Part shown: piece by piece, positions 44,333 to 53,706 of the stretch | Layout of the letters: every line of letters begins with the position of its first letter | Position numbering within the stretch: position 1 is the stretch's first letter | NCBI GenBank assembly: GCA_026414305.1 | Contig: JAOAJH010000001.1 | Coordinates: 101,543-165,542 of the forward strand | DNA length: 64,000 nucleotides | Reading direction: 5' to 3' | From: Candidatus Aenigmatarchaeota archaeon | Lineage (GTDB): Archaea; Aenigmatarchaeota; Aenigmatarchaeia; CG10238-14 | Program-made: the position numbers and the translations under genes | Notes under the pieces: generated by a model | Database searches by the model: none | What the model was told of the DNA's origin: nothing | Seen by the model: the letters and a program-made list of their open reading frames with translations, nothing else

Positions 44333-45742
44333 ATGAAATTTAAATTTTTAATATATTTGCTTTTGCCGTTGTTATTTTCAGCTGTATACGCACAAGATTA
44401 CAGTTCATCTATTACAATATATCCTAAAGAGATAACTGTAAGCCAATGCGGTATAGCAACTTATGATTTGAGTGTAAAAAACACAGGAATTAAAGAAGAT
44501 ACGTTATATGCTTTGGTTGAAGGTATTCCCGAAGGATGGTATTCTTTAAGTCACGAGTCTATAAAACTCAAACCTGGTGAGAGCAAGAATGTTTATCTTT
44601 TTGTGACAGCAAATTGCTTTGAGGAACCTAAAAACTACACTGCAAAAATATCATTTTTAGGGAACTCCGAGAGTTATGCAGAGTTCAAAATGAATGTTGT
44701 TTCAGATCATTCAATATCAATTCTAGTTCCATCTGAAATAAGATCATGTGCATGTGAAGAAACTCCAATAAAGTTTGTTTTGGCAAACACAGGGAAGTAT
44801 GAGGAAAAAGTGAAATTAACAGTAAAAGGTGGATATGTCAAGCAAGATGTAATCAACCTAAAACCAGGTGAACAATCACAGTTTGAAATGGTTTTAGAAA
44901 AGTCGTGCAACTCCTACGGAAATTACACATTTGAAATTAACGCAGAATCTATGACAAGTTATGCAAAAACATCAAAAAAGATCACAATAAACAGGGAAAA
45001 TTGCCATGATTTTCAGATAAAATATGATGAAGTAAAAAATCTTTGCTTAAATGAAAAAGCAACATTTTCTGTTTCAATATATAACACAGGTACGCTCGAT
45101 GATGAGTATTTGCTTTATATAGATGCTTTGGACATATCGGAAAAGGTTAATATATCTTCAAAATCCAACAAAACATTCAATTTGGTTTTTGAATCTGATG
45201 AAGTTGGTGTCATAGATTTAGGTTTTTCAGTAAAGTCAAGCACAAAAGAGTCAAAAGGTATGATAAGATTCAATATAGAGAAATGCTATGGAGTTGACTT
45301 GCAAGCAGAGCAAAATGAAATAACTATATTACTTGGAGATGGCAGGTTAGTGAAAGCAAAGTTAACTAATACAGGATCAAAGAATGACACATTTAGAATA
45401 ATTTCTGATGTTAAATGGGTTTCACTTAGACCAGAACAAATAAGAGTTGAGGGAATGAAGTCTGAAGACATATTCATATATTACAGCCCAGAATACAATC
45501 AACTTGGTGTTTTCAACACCACAATAAAAGCATTTTCAGAAAATTCAAAAGATGAGGAAAGCATCAAAGTCAATGTTGTAAGTGAACTTCCAATAATACA
45601 ACCTGAGGAAAACGCAAGCACAACTACAACATTGCAGCAAAGCGAAGGAGTTAGCAATAAAACATTGATAGCGCTTGGAGTTGGTATACTTATAACAATT
45701 TTCATATTCGGAATGATATACTTGTTTGTAATGAGGGATTGA
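44333..45742 (+). CDS. Cell-surface protein with tandem Ig-like (NEW3/CARDB-like) domains
   Basis: Signal peptide; four NTG repeats; Thr-rich linker; C-terminal TM anchor. Confidence 0.78.
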   Translation: MKFKFLIYLLLPLLFSAVYAQDYSSSITIYPKEITVSQCGIATYDLSVKNTGIKEDTLYALVEGIPEGWYSLSHESIKLKPGESKNVYLFVTANCFEEPKNYTAKISFLGNSESYAEFKMNVVSDHSISILVPSEIRSCACEETPIKFVLANTGKYEEKVKLTVKGGYVKQDVINLKPGEQSQFEMVLEKSCNSYGNYTFEINAESMTSYAKTSKKITINRENCHDFQIKYDEVKNLCLNEKATFSVSIYNTGTLDDEYLLYIDALDISEKVNISSKSNKTFNLVFESDEVGVIDLGFSVKSSTKESKGMIRFNIEKCYGVDLQAEQNEITILLGDGRLVKAKLTNTGSKNDTFRIISDVKWVSLRPEQIRVEGMKSEDIFIYYSPEYNQLGVFNTTIKAFSENSKDEESIKVNVVSELPIIQPEENASTTTTLQQSEGVSNKTLIALGVGILITIFIFGMIYLFVMRD

Positions 45743-45743
45743 A

Positions 45744-45902
45744 ATGAAGGTAGAATTGCTCTTAATAGCAAATTTTTTGATTTTTCTAGCTTTGGCAATG
45801 GAGGCAAAAATAAGATCTAAAACAGGCTTCTTTATTGTTTTAACCGGCTTGATAGTTGGTGTAATAGATTTGATTTTTGTTTTGTTGTCTTTGCTAAGGT
45901 GA
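45744..45902 (+). CDS. Small 2-TM membrane protein (52 aa, not in ORF track)
   Basis: MKVELLLIANFLIFLALAMEAKIRSKTGFFIVLTGLIVGVIDLIFVLLSLLR; fills the gap in the operon. Confidence 0.6.
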   Translation: MKVELLLIANFLIFLALAMEAKIRSKTGFFIVLTGLIVGVIDLIFVLLSLLR

Positions 45903-45908
45903 TAAATT

Positions 45909-46310
45909 TTGATGAAAAAATCAATAGTGTGGCTTTTGATAATTTTAGGATTTTTAACAGGAGCGTTAGCTTTGATTTTAACAATTTATGATTTTACACT
46001 AAGTAAGACTGTCTGCAATTCATACCATTCTGTTTTTACAATAGAGACAAATAAAATAGATGCTAAAGTGGGCTATGGCACATTAGTGAAAGGCAAATTA
46101 ACAAACACGGGAGGAGACGATGAATATAAGATTGATACAACTCAAGGATGGATAGTTGTAAGGCCGAACAATTTCAGGCTTAAGACAAACGAAAGCGTTG
46201 ATTTGTACATTTACATAAGCCCTATAAACAAGGGAAGTTTTGACACATACATTAATGCATACTCTTTTTGTCATTCTAATACTCAAAGAATAGAAGTGAA
46301 TTCAAATTAA
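45909..46310 (+). CDS. Membrane-anchored single Ig-like domain protein
   Basis: N-terminal TM; LTNTG..D.Y, W..VRP, IYISP resemble the last domain of 44333-45742. Confidence 0.7.
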   Translation: MMKKSIVWLLIILGFLTGALALILTIYDFTLSKTVCNSYHSVFTIETNKIDAKVGYGTLVKGKLTNTGGDDEYKIDTTQGWIVVRPNNFRLKTNESVDLYIYISPINKGSFDTYINAYSFCHSNTQRIEVNSN

Positions 46311-47645
46311 ATATTTCTTGTAATTTTGTAAAACATTTTTTACAGACTGTTTGTAATCCACAATAGGCTTGGGGTATATTTTATCATTCAAGTTGTTTTT
46401 TTCAATATTGTGTATTTCTTGAGGTGAGTATTTTTCAAGTTCAGGAACCCATCTTTTTATGTAAATGCATTCAGGATCGTATTTTTTCTGCTGAATCCAC
46501 GGATTGAAAATTCTGAAAAAAGGTTGAGAGTCACAACCTGTTGATGCAATCCATTGCCAATTTCCGTTGTTTACTGAAGGATCATAATCGACTAGTTTTG
46601 ACGCAAAGTATCTTTCACCTTTTTTCCAGTCCATACCTAAAATCTTAACTAAAAACGATGCTGTTATCATTCTTACTCTGTTGTGCATGAATCCCGTTTC
46701 ATTCAATTCTCTCATTCCGGCGTCAACTATTGGAAAACCCGTTTTTCCATCACACCATAATTTGAATTTTTTTTCGTCCCAAAACCATACGATTTTCTTG
46801 TATTTTTCTTTGAACGATTGTTTAAAAACATGTGGAAAATGATAACCTATGTGTATAAAAAAATCCCTCCAATACAATTCATTTACAAGCTGAATATCTC
46901 CTGTTTTTTTAAATTCATGATAAATTTCCCTTATGGAAAGCGTTCCAAATTTATTATGAGGGGAAAGATTTGTTGTCGAATTTAAGAAAGGATAGTTTCT
47001 GTTTTCAGAGTAATTTAGTTTGCTTGTTTTTTTAATTAATTTTAATGCTTGGCTTCTACCGCCTTTTATCGAATGATGTTTCTTTAGATTTGCCAGGTAG
47101 CCTATCTCAAGCTGCCCAATATCTTCATTAAAATAATTTTTAAAATTGTTTTTCTTTGGATATTCTACTTTGATTGATGTAGATTTTTTTAAAAAATGTG
47201 AAAAAACAGTATAAGGCTTTCCATCATCCTTTAGAACATTCTCAGGTTCGTTTAATAACAAGTCTGGATGCTTTTCAAACAAGACATCGCTTTGGCTACA
47301 GATCGTGTTGATTTTTTCATCCCTTTTTAATGAGTATGGGGTGTAGTCTTTATTAACTGAAATTTTTTGAACACCAAACTTAATCAATCTTTCCACTACA
47401 TTGTCGACATAATCATGGAATATATAAAGTTTTGATTTTTGCTTTTCTAATTCCGAGTTCAACTCTATCAAACAATCTAACATGAATTGAAATGAGTTTT
47501 TTGAATATGATGAAGATAATATACTTTTGTCCAAAATAAAAACAGGTATTGTTTTATTAAAATTTTCAAGAGACTTTATTAGGGACGTGTTGTCATCAAG
47601 TCTTAGATCTCGCCTGAATATATGCGCACATAAATCATTTTTCAT
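46302..47645 (-). CDS. phr: Deoxyribodipyrimidine photolyase (class I CPD type)
   Basis: FRRDLRLDDN, ELYWRDF, TGFPIVDAGMREL..TGFMHNRVRM, NNGNWQW, RIFNP. Confidence 0.96.
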   Translation of the reverse strand: MKNDLCAHIFRRDLRLDDNTSLIKSLENFNKTIPVFILDKSILSSSYSKNSFQFMLDCLIELNSELEKQKSKLYIFHDYVDNVVERLIKFGVQKISVNKDYTPYSLKRDEKINTICSQSDVLFEKHPDLLLNEPENVLKDDGKPYTVFSHFLKKSTSIKVEYPKKNNFKNYFNEDIGQLEIGYLANLKKHHSIKGGRSQALKLIKKTSKLNYSENRNYPFLNSTTNLSPHNKFGTLSIREIYHEFKKTGDIQLVNELYWRDFFIHIGYHFPHVFKQSFKEKYKKIVWFWDEKKFKLWCDGKTGFPIVDAGMRELNETGFMHNRVRMITASFLVKILGMDWKKGERYFASKLVDYDPSVNNGNWQWIASTGCDSQPFFRIFNPWIQQKKYDPECIYIKRWVPELEKYSPQEIHNIEKNNLNDKIYPKPIVDYKQSVKNVLQNYKKYLI

Positions 47646-48514
47646 TTCAACACCTTCAAAGCTTCTAATGCGCTTTTCTCCTTGTCTTTTATTTCAAGCA
47701 TGATGTCATATTCAATGCCTTTTGTGATTTTCAAAAAATTTTTGAAATCAATAATGTCTATGTGTTCTGAATGCTTTCCTGTTTTGCTGTTTTTTTGTTG
47801 GCTGCTATAGTCTACCATTAAAATACCATCAGATTTTTTCCATGTTTTTGATGCATCTATAACAGCGTCTCTAGTACTTTCGTTGTTATTCAACACATTG
47901 TGGTGGAAACTATCAAAAACTATCGGTATTTTTGCTTTTTTGCTTATACGAAGACAATCTTTTAGAGAATAAAGCCTATCGTCGTTTTCAATAACAAAGC
48001 GTTTTTTTATTTTTCGTGGCAATATTGAATATGTTTTTAAAAACCTTTTAATTGAATTTTCTTTATCATCATATATACCACCTACATGAATTTGTACTTT
48101 GGCTTTTTCATCCAAATTTAAAGAGTCAAGAAGTTCACAATGCCATTCTATTTCTTTTATACTCCTTTTTACTATTTCCTCGTTTTTTGCATTTAAAAGC
48201 ACGAATTGATCTGGATGCATTGATATTCTTATATCATTTTCTATTATCATTTTTCCAATAATTTCAAAATCATATTCAAAATAATTCTTCCAGTCAAACG
48301 TACAAATTGGATGGCTAGCAAATGGAATTATATCTGAGCTTATCCTAAAAAATAGGATGTCATTTTTTATATTGAAAGAAAGAATTCTTTTTAGACAGTC
48401 TATGTTGTTTTTTACTGTGTCAATAAATCTTTTTTCCGTAAAATTTCTTAGCCTGAATGTAGAATTTGCTGTGCATCCGATGCTATAATTTAAACAAGGA
48501 TAGCCTATTTTCAT
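47642..48514 (-). CDS. uvsE: UV DNA damage endonuclease UvsE
   Basis: IGYPC, FRISS, SMHPDQF, HVGG, IENDD, FDSFHH, DIMLEIKDKE. Confidence 0.96.
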   Translation of the reverse strand: MKIGYPCLNYSIGCTANSTFRLRNFTEKRFIDTVKNNIDCLKRILSFNIKNDILFFRISSDIIPFASHPICTFDWKNYFEYDFEIIGKMIIENDIRISMHPDQFVLLNAKNEEIVKRSIKEIEWHCELLDSLNLDEKAKVQIHVGGIYDDKENSIKRFLKTYSILPRKIKKRFVIENDDRLYSLKDCLRISKKAKIPIVFDSFHHNVLNNNESTRDAVIDASKTWKKSDGILMVDYSSQQKNSKTGKHSEHIDIIDFKNFLKITKGIEYDIMLEIKDKEKSALEALKVLK

Positions 48515-48553
48515 GATTTATAATTTAAATTGTAAATAATATATAGAGAGATT

Positions 48554-49180
48554 ATGTTTATACCAGTCGATCAGATAATATTAAGAATAAGCCTAGCTTT
48601 TATATTGTCTTTATTTTTTGGACTTGAGAGACAGTTCAAGAAAAAACCAGTTGGTGTGGGAGCATTCACCTTTGTTGCAACTGGGTCTTGTGTGCTAACA
48701 ATACTTGCGTATACTGTTTTTGATACGCCACAATCAATAATAGGCCCTATAATAACTGGTATAGGCTTTTTAGGGGCAGGTGCACTTATAAGGCAGGATA
48801 AAAAGGTTCACGGCGCGACAACAGCAGCAAGCATATGGGGATTTGCGGCTTTGGGTATAACAATAGGTTCTGGTATAATATATTTAGCACTTTTATTTTA
48901 CAGCTTTATGCTAATAATAGTGTTTCTTGACACTTATTTTGAAAGGCACTCATTTGGGCCTTACTCAAAATACATGACAGTCACATTGACTGATATAAAT
49001 TGTTTTAATAACCTGAAATCTATTTTACCAAAAAATACCAAAGTTCAAAATTTTCATTTCGATAAATCAAAATCTGAGTACAGCTTTTCCTTTATGCTTA
49101 ACACAAGAAGCGATGAAATAAATAAACTGCCTAACAAAATTTTGAACTTAGACGGGGTAAAATCTCTAAAGATAGAATAA
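48554..49180 (+). CDS. MgtC/SapB family membrane protein
   Basis: GLERQ, IITGIGFLGAG, G.TTAASIW; C-terminal ACT-like domain. Confidence 0.92.
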   Translation: MFIPVDQIILRISLAFILSLFFGLERQFKKKPVGVGAFTFVATGSCVLTILAYTVFDTPQSIIGPIITGIGFLGAGALIRQDKKVHGATTAASIWGFAALGITIGSGIIYLALLFYSFMLIIVFLDTYFERHSFGPYSKYMTVTLTDINCFNNLKSILPKNTKVQNFHFDKSKSEYSFSFMLNTRSDEINKLPNKILNLDGVKSLKIE

Positions 49181-49196
49181 TTCGGTCCTAACCGAA
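49181..49196. promoter_or_regulatory. Palindromic operator candidate TTCGGT-N4-ACCGAA
   Basis: Perfect 6-bp inverted repeat upstream of a TTTTAAAT TATA-like box and the wHTH gene. Confidence 0.6.
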
Positions 49197-49239
49197 CAAA
49201 AAACAAAACATTTTAAATATCAATTACGTTTATTAAAAC

Positions 49240-49689
49240 ATGAACCAAAAAGAAATAGTAGCAGCAATGTCATCAAAAACAAAGTTTGAAATAATAAGAC
49301 ACTTGTCTAAAGGCCAAAAAACACCAACAGATATAAGCAGAGCACTTGGTAAAGCAAAATCCACAATAGTCGAGCATCTGGAAGAGTTGGTGGAACTAGA
49401 TCTCGTGCAAAAAACTGAACAACCTGGAAGAAAATTCGTTTTTTATTCTCTTACGAAAAACGGCTATAGATTATTAGAGTCAAAACCAAAAATTGAAAAC
49501 TTTGTAATGTTCGGTTCATTTTTGTCAATTCTTGCCGGTATAGTTTTAGTCATGTCAGCAAATAAAAGTGTAAACAGACTATATGCAGCTTCAGCAGAGT
49601 CAACGCAAATAAATTATATCCCAATTTTATTTTTTGTAATAGGTGCAATCGGGATAATTTATTTAATTTTTAGGAGGTTGAAAAAATGA
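49240..49689 (+). CDS. ArsR-type wHTH regulator with two C-terminal TM helices
   Basis: TPTDISRALGKAKSTIVEHLEEL, YSLT..G; two hydrophobic segments. Confidence 0.85.
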   Translation: MNQKEIVAAMSSKTKFEIIRHLSKGQKTPTDISRALGKAKSTIVEHLEELVELDLVQKTEQPGRKFVFYSLTKNGYRLLESKPKIENFVMFGSFLSILAGIVLVMSANKSVNRLYAASAESTQINYIPILFFVIGAIGIIYLIFRRLKK

Positions 49690-51614
49690 AAAAATATGTT
49701 ATACTTTTTTCATTATTTGTAATAGCATCGCTAGTATTAGTATTTACTTTAGTTGAAAAAAATGATTCAAAAATTAACAGGTTCAAAAATTATCAAGAGC
49801 TAGAGAATTTTATAAAATCAAACTCAAGACCCAGTTATGGCTTTATCCCAATGATGAGAGAAAATGCGATGGCATCTGTCTCAAAAGCAGATTATTCTCA
49901 AACAAACATACAAGTGCAAGGTGTTGATGAGGCTGACATAGTTAAAACTGATGGAGAATATATATATTCAGTAAATGGGCAAGACATTTTTATTGTAAAA
50001 GCATATCCCGCAGAAGATGCAAAGGTAGTTTCAAAAATACAGATGAAAGACTATCCTCAACAAATATTTTTGCAGGGTGACAAGATTGTTGTATTTGGCC
50101 AAAAATCTTATGATTATTATTTCATGCCAGATTATTATTACAACTCAAAGACATTTGTCAAAATATATGACATAAGCGAGAAGGATAACCCAAAACTTAT
50201 AAAAGACATTTTAATAACAGGAAATTATTTCCAATCAAGAATGATAGACGATTATGTTTATGTTATTATCTCAGAACCAGTATATTACAACCCGCCAAGA
50301 CCAATTCCACTTCCAGTAATAACAACTGATAAGACAACAAAAACCATAAGCGCAAACGAAATATATTATTTTGGATATCCAGATTATTCATACTCTTACA
50401 CAACTGTTATGAGCATAAATCTTCAAAGCCTCAATTATGAAACAAAAACATTTTTGATTGGCGTAAGCCAAAATTTATATGTCAGCAAGGAGAACATATA
50501 TCTTGCTTACACAAAATATATTGATCAGTATGAAATAAACCAAAGATTTTTTGAGAATGTTGTTATCCCGAATTTGCCCCAAAATGTTATCCAGAAGATA
50601 AACGAAATAAAATCAGGCAATTTTGAACAGCACCAAGAGTTCTATCAAATAATGAATGTAATAGATGAATATATTTCAAGTTTGGATGAGGATCAAAGAT
50701 CAGAATTTATGAAAAGAATTGAAAAGGAATCTTCAGAATTTTTTGCAGAGTTGTCTAAAGAGTCAGAAAAAACAATAATAAATAAGCTTTCAATAAATGG
50801 ACATAATATAGATTTTGTGGCAAATGCAGAGGTTCCAGGACATGTTTTAAATCAATTTTCAATGGATGAATACGATGGTAATTTTAGAATAGCAACTACA
50901 GTTTCAGGTTTTAATTCAGAGAGCTTTAACAACATATATGTGCTTGATAATAACATGAACATTATAGGCAAAATAGAAGACCTTGCTGAAGGTGAGAGAA
51001 TATATTCTGTCAGGTTTTTAAATGAAAAAGCATACGTTGTCACTTTTAAACAGATAGATCCTTTCTTTGTCATAGATTTGTCAGATCCAAGACAACCAAA
51101 TTTATTGGGGTATTTGAAGCTTCCTGGTGTTTCAGATTATCTCCACCCATATGATGAAAATTACATAATTGGGTTTGGACGTGATATTGATGAGGACGGA
51201 AGAGTAAAAGGGCTTAAAGTTTCAATGTTTGATGTCAGTGATTTCAACAACCCAAAAGAAGTTTCAAAATATGTTGTTCAGGGAAACTTTGTATATTCTG
51301 AGGCTTTGTATGAGCACAAGGCATTTCTTTTCAGCAAAGAGAAAAACCTCATGGTAGTTCCAGCATCCATAAGTCGAGGAAGCTTTTATACATGGGAAAC
51401 ATGGAATGGATTGCTTGTTTTTAATGTTAACACTGAAAAAATTGATTTGAAAGGTAGAATAGAACAAGATCAAGGATTTTCGCAAATAAGAAGTTTGTAT
51501 ATTGATGATGTTTTATATTCTGTTTCAACTTCATACATAACAGCAAACAGAATAGATGATTTGTCAGAAATAAACAAAATAAAACTTTTTGATGCTGTTT
51601 ATGTTTCAAGATAA
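49686..51614 (+). CDS. Secreted beta-propeller domain protein (Beta_propel family)
   Basis: YSQTNIQVQGVDEADIVKTDG, NQFSMDE, ERIYSVRF, VTFKQIDP, G.SDYLHP. Confidence 0.9.
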   Translation: MKKYVILFSLFVIASLVLVFTLVEKNDSKINRFKNYQELENFIKSNSRPSYGFIPMMRENAMASVSKADYSQTNIQVQGVDEADIVKTDGEYIYSVNGQDIFIVKAYPAEDAKVVSKIQMKDYPQQIFLQGDKIVVFGQKSYDYYFMPDYYYNSKTFVKIYDISEKDNPKLIKDILITGNYFQSRMIDDYVYVIISEPVYYNPPRPIPLPVITTDKTTKTISANEIYYFGYPDYSYSYTTVMSINLQSLNYETKTFLIGVSQNLYVSKENIYLAYTKYIDQYEINQRFFENVVIPNLPQNVIQKINEIKSGNFEQHQEFYQIMNVIDEYISSLDEDQRSEFMKRIEKESSEFFAELSKESEKTIINKLSINGHNIDFVANAEVPGHVLNQFSMDEYDGNFRIATTVSGFNSESFNNIYVLDNNMNIIGKIEDLAEGERIYSVRFLNEKAYVVTFKQIDPFFVIDLSDPRQPNLLGYLKLPGVSDYLHPYDENYIIGFGRDIDEDGRVKGLKVSMFDVSDFNNPKEVSKYVVQGNFVYSEALYEHKAFLFSKEKNLMVVPASISRGSFYTWETWNGLLVFNVNTEKIDLKGRIEQDQGFSQIRSLYIDDVLYSVSTSYITANRIDDLSEINKIKLFDAVYVSR

Positions 51615-52121
51615 TTTTATGTTTTTTCCCTTTTCCATTGGTATAATTTCCATTTTTGCATTTGAAAATTTGATATCCATTTCCTTACCTTTGAAATACC
51701 AGTCTAAAAATACAGCCAAAGCTGCGACTTCGCTATGTGGCTGCAATGTGACAGCCACCTGATAATCTATCATACCATAAATTTCTGATGGGACCTTTTC
51801 GCTTCCAACTATAAGAACAATGTCACTTTCATTTCTTATTTTATCTATTACGTTTGGAAGATTGACACCATACATTGTTAAAAGAATTTTTTTTTGAGAT
51901 GAATTTTTTAAAAAATTCTTCCAATTTTTTTCATAATAAATTTCAAAATTTCCTCCCCATCTTTTTACAACATCTTTGACGCTTTTCTCAGTTTCTCTAT
52001 CCTTTTCACCACTGTATATCATTTTTTCACAACCAAATGCCCTTGCTGTCAGTGCGCAATGTGTTGTTATTCTTTGGTCTCTAAAAATTCTGTGCCCAAG
52101 CCTTAGCAAAGTGATTGACAT
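51606..52121 (-). CDS. trm56: tRNA (cytidine56-2'-O)-methyltransferase
   Basis: RLGHR..RD.RITTH..LTARAFG, LTMYG, VGSEKVP, QPHSEVAALAVFLD. Confidence 0.96.
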   Translation of the reverse strand: MSITLLRLGHRIFRDQRITTHCALTARAFGCEKMIYSGEKDRETEKSVKDVVKRWGGNFEIYYEKNWKNFLKNSSQKKILLTMYGVNLPNVIDKIRNESDIVLIVGSEKVPSEIYGMIDYQVAVTLQPHSEVAALAVFLDWYFKGKEMDIKFSNAKMEIIPMEKGKNIKLS

Positions 52122-52169
52122 ATACTTATAAAGTTTGAAGTAAAACTATTATAAGTTTATGGTGGTATT

Positions 52170-52490
52170 TTGAGGGAAGAGCAAAAAAACACACAAGAAG
52201 AGGAGATTCTTAGAACAAGAAAACCTCAAGAAGGTGAAATATTTGCCAGAGTAGTTCAAATGCTTGGTTCTGACAAACTAAGAGTGGAATGTGATGATGG
52301 TAAAGAAAGAATAGCCAGAATACCTGGAAAACTAAGAAAAAAAATATGGATAAGAGTCGGCGACATAATTCTTATACAGCCATGGAAAGAAATGCCAAAT
52401 GAAAGGGCTGATGTTGTTTGGAGATATACACCAACACAAGCAAATTGGCTACAGAAAAACAATTATTTGAAAAAGTTAAGAGTATCTTAA
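52170..52490 (+). CDS. eif1a: Translation initiation factor aIF1A
   Basis: CDDG.ER.ARIPGK, WIRVGD, WRYT. Confidence 0.96.
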   Translation: MREEQKNTQEEEILRTRKPQEGEIFARVVQMLGSDKLRVECDDGKERIARIPGKLRKKIWIRVGDIILIQPWKEMPNERADVVWRYTPTQANWLQKNNYLKKLRVS

Positions 52491-52508
52491 ATTTTAAAAT
52501 ACAAATTA

Positions 52509-53213
52509 TTGTTTATGGATACAGACAATTTGAAAATATATAGAGGCATTATTGACAACAGAACTCTAATGACTTTGTATTCATTTATCAACAAGGGTTT
52601 GATAGATAAAGTTATAGGCATAGTCAAAGAGGGAAAAGAAAGCGGTGTGTTCTTGGCTAAAGATAAAAATCAAAACAATGTTGCTATAAAAATATACAGG
52701 ACGCTTGCTTCTGATTTTAAGGCAATGTGGAGATACTTGATAGGCGACAAACGATTTTCCAATATAAGAAAAAACAGGACATCAGTTATATTTTCATGGT
52801 GTTTGAGAGAATATAAAAATCTTAAAACATGCTATGAAGCTGGTGTAAGTTGCCCAATGCCAATATATGCAAAAAACAATGTTTTGCTAATGAGTTTTGT
52901 TGGCGATGAACATCCTGCACCTAGATTGATTGATGTTTCAGCTAAAAAGAAAGATTATGAATTCATTTTAAAGCAAATTGAGCTTATGTTTAAAGCAGGA
53001 ATAGTTCATGGTGATCTAAGTGCGTACAACATATTACTTTACAAGAAGCCTGTTATAATAGATTTTAGCCACGGAATTTCTGTTAAAAGTTTGTCGGCAC
53101 CGAGTATGTTGAAGAAAGACATTCAAAATATAAATTCGTATTTTTCCAAATTAGGCATAAAAACAAAGGATGAAAAAAAGATTTATGAAAAATTGGTGGG
53201 GCTTTATGATTGA
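52509..53213 (+). CDS. rio1: RIO1 family kinase
   Basis: GKESGV, AIKIY, GDKRF, VHGDLS.YNIL, IIDF. Confidence 0.94.
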   Translation: MFMDTDNLKIYRGIIDNRTLMTLYSFINKGLIDKVIGIVKEGKESGVFLAKDKNQNNVAIKIYRTLASDFKAMWRYLIGDKRFSNIRKNRTSVIFSWCLREYKNLKTCYEAGVSCPMPIYAKNNVLLMSFVGDEHPAPRLIDVSAKKKDYEFILKQIELMFKAGIVHGDLSAYNILLYKKPVIIDFSHGISVKSLSAPSMLKKDIQNINSYFSKLGIKTKDEKKIYEKLVGLYD

Positions 53214-53706
53214 TTTTCTGAAAATACCACAAAAATATAGAAAAATACTTTTGAAAAACACAGAATTGAAAGCAGAGTTTGAAAGACAAACAAAAACAAA
53301 GATAACTGTGAAAGATGATGTTGAAATAGAAGGTGAAAGTGTTGATGTTTATGTTGCAAAAAATGTGTTAAAGGCGTTTAGCAGAGGATTTTCTGCTGAA
53401 GATGCTTTAAAATTGATGGATGACAATTATTCGATTGAAATAATAAGTTTGGCTGATTTTACCTCAAGCGAAAATAGAATAAAAATAATTGCCTCAAGAA
53501 TAATAGGCAGTCAGGGAAAAACAAAGAAATATATAGAAAGATATACAAATACTAAAATTGCTGTCTCAGGCAAAACAGTGTCTATAATTGGGAACTGGGA
53601 CAATGTTGGAAAAGCAAGGGAAGCAATAATGATGTTGATTGAAGGCAGTTCCCATAAAACAGTATATAGATGGCTTGAGCAAAACTCAAAGGTGGTTGAT
53701 TGGTAG
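53206..53706 (+). CDS. KH-domain rRNA processing protein (Dim2/PNO1-like)
   Basis: AFSRGF, RIIGSQGKTK, GSSH..VY; aIF1A-RIO1-KH synteny; ATG at 53206. Confidence 0.9.
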   Translation: MIDFLKIPQKYRKILLKNTELKAEFERQTKTKITVKDDVEIEGESVDVYVAKNVLKAFSRGFSAEDALKLMDDNYSIEIISLADFTSSENRIKIIASRIIGSQGKTKKYIERYTNTKIAVSGKTVSIIGNWDNVGKAREAIMMLIEGSSHKTVYRWLEQNSKVVDW

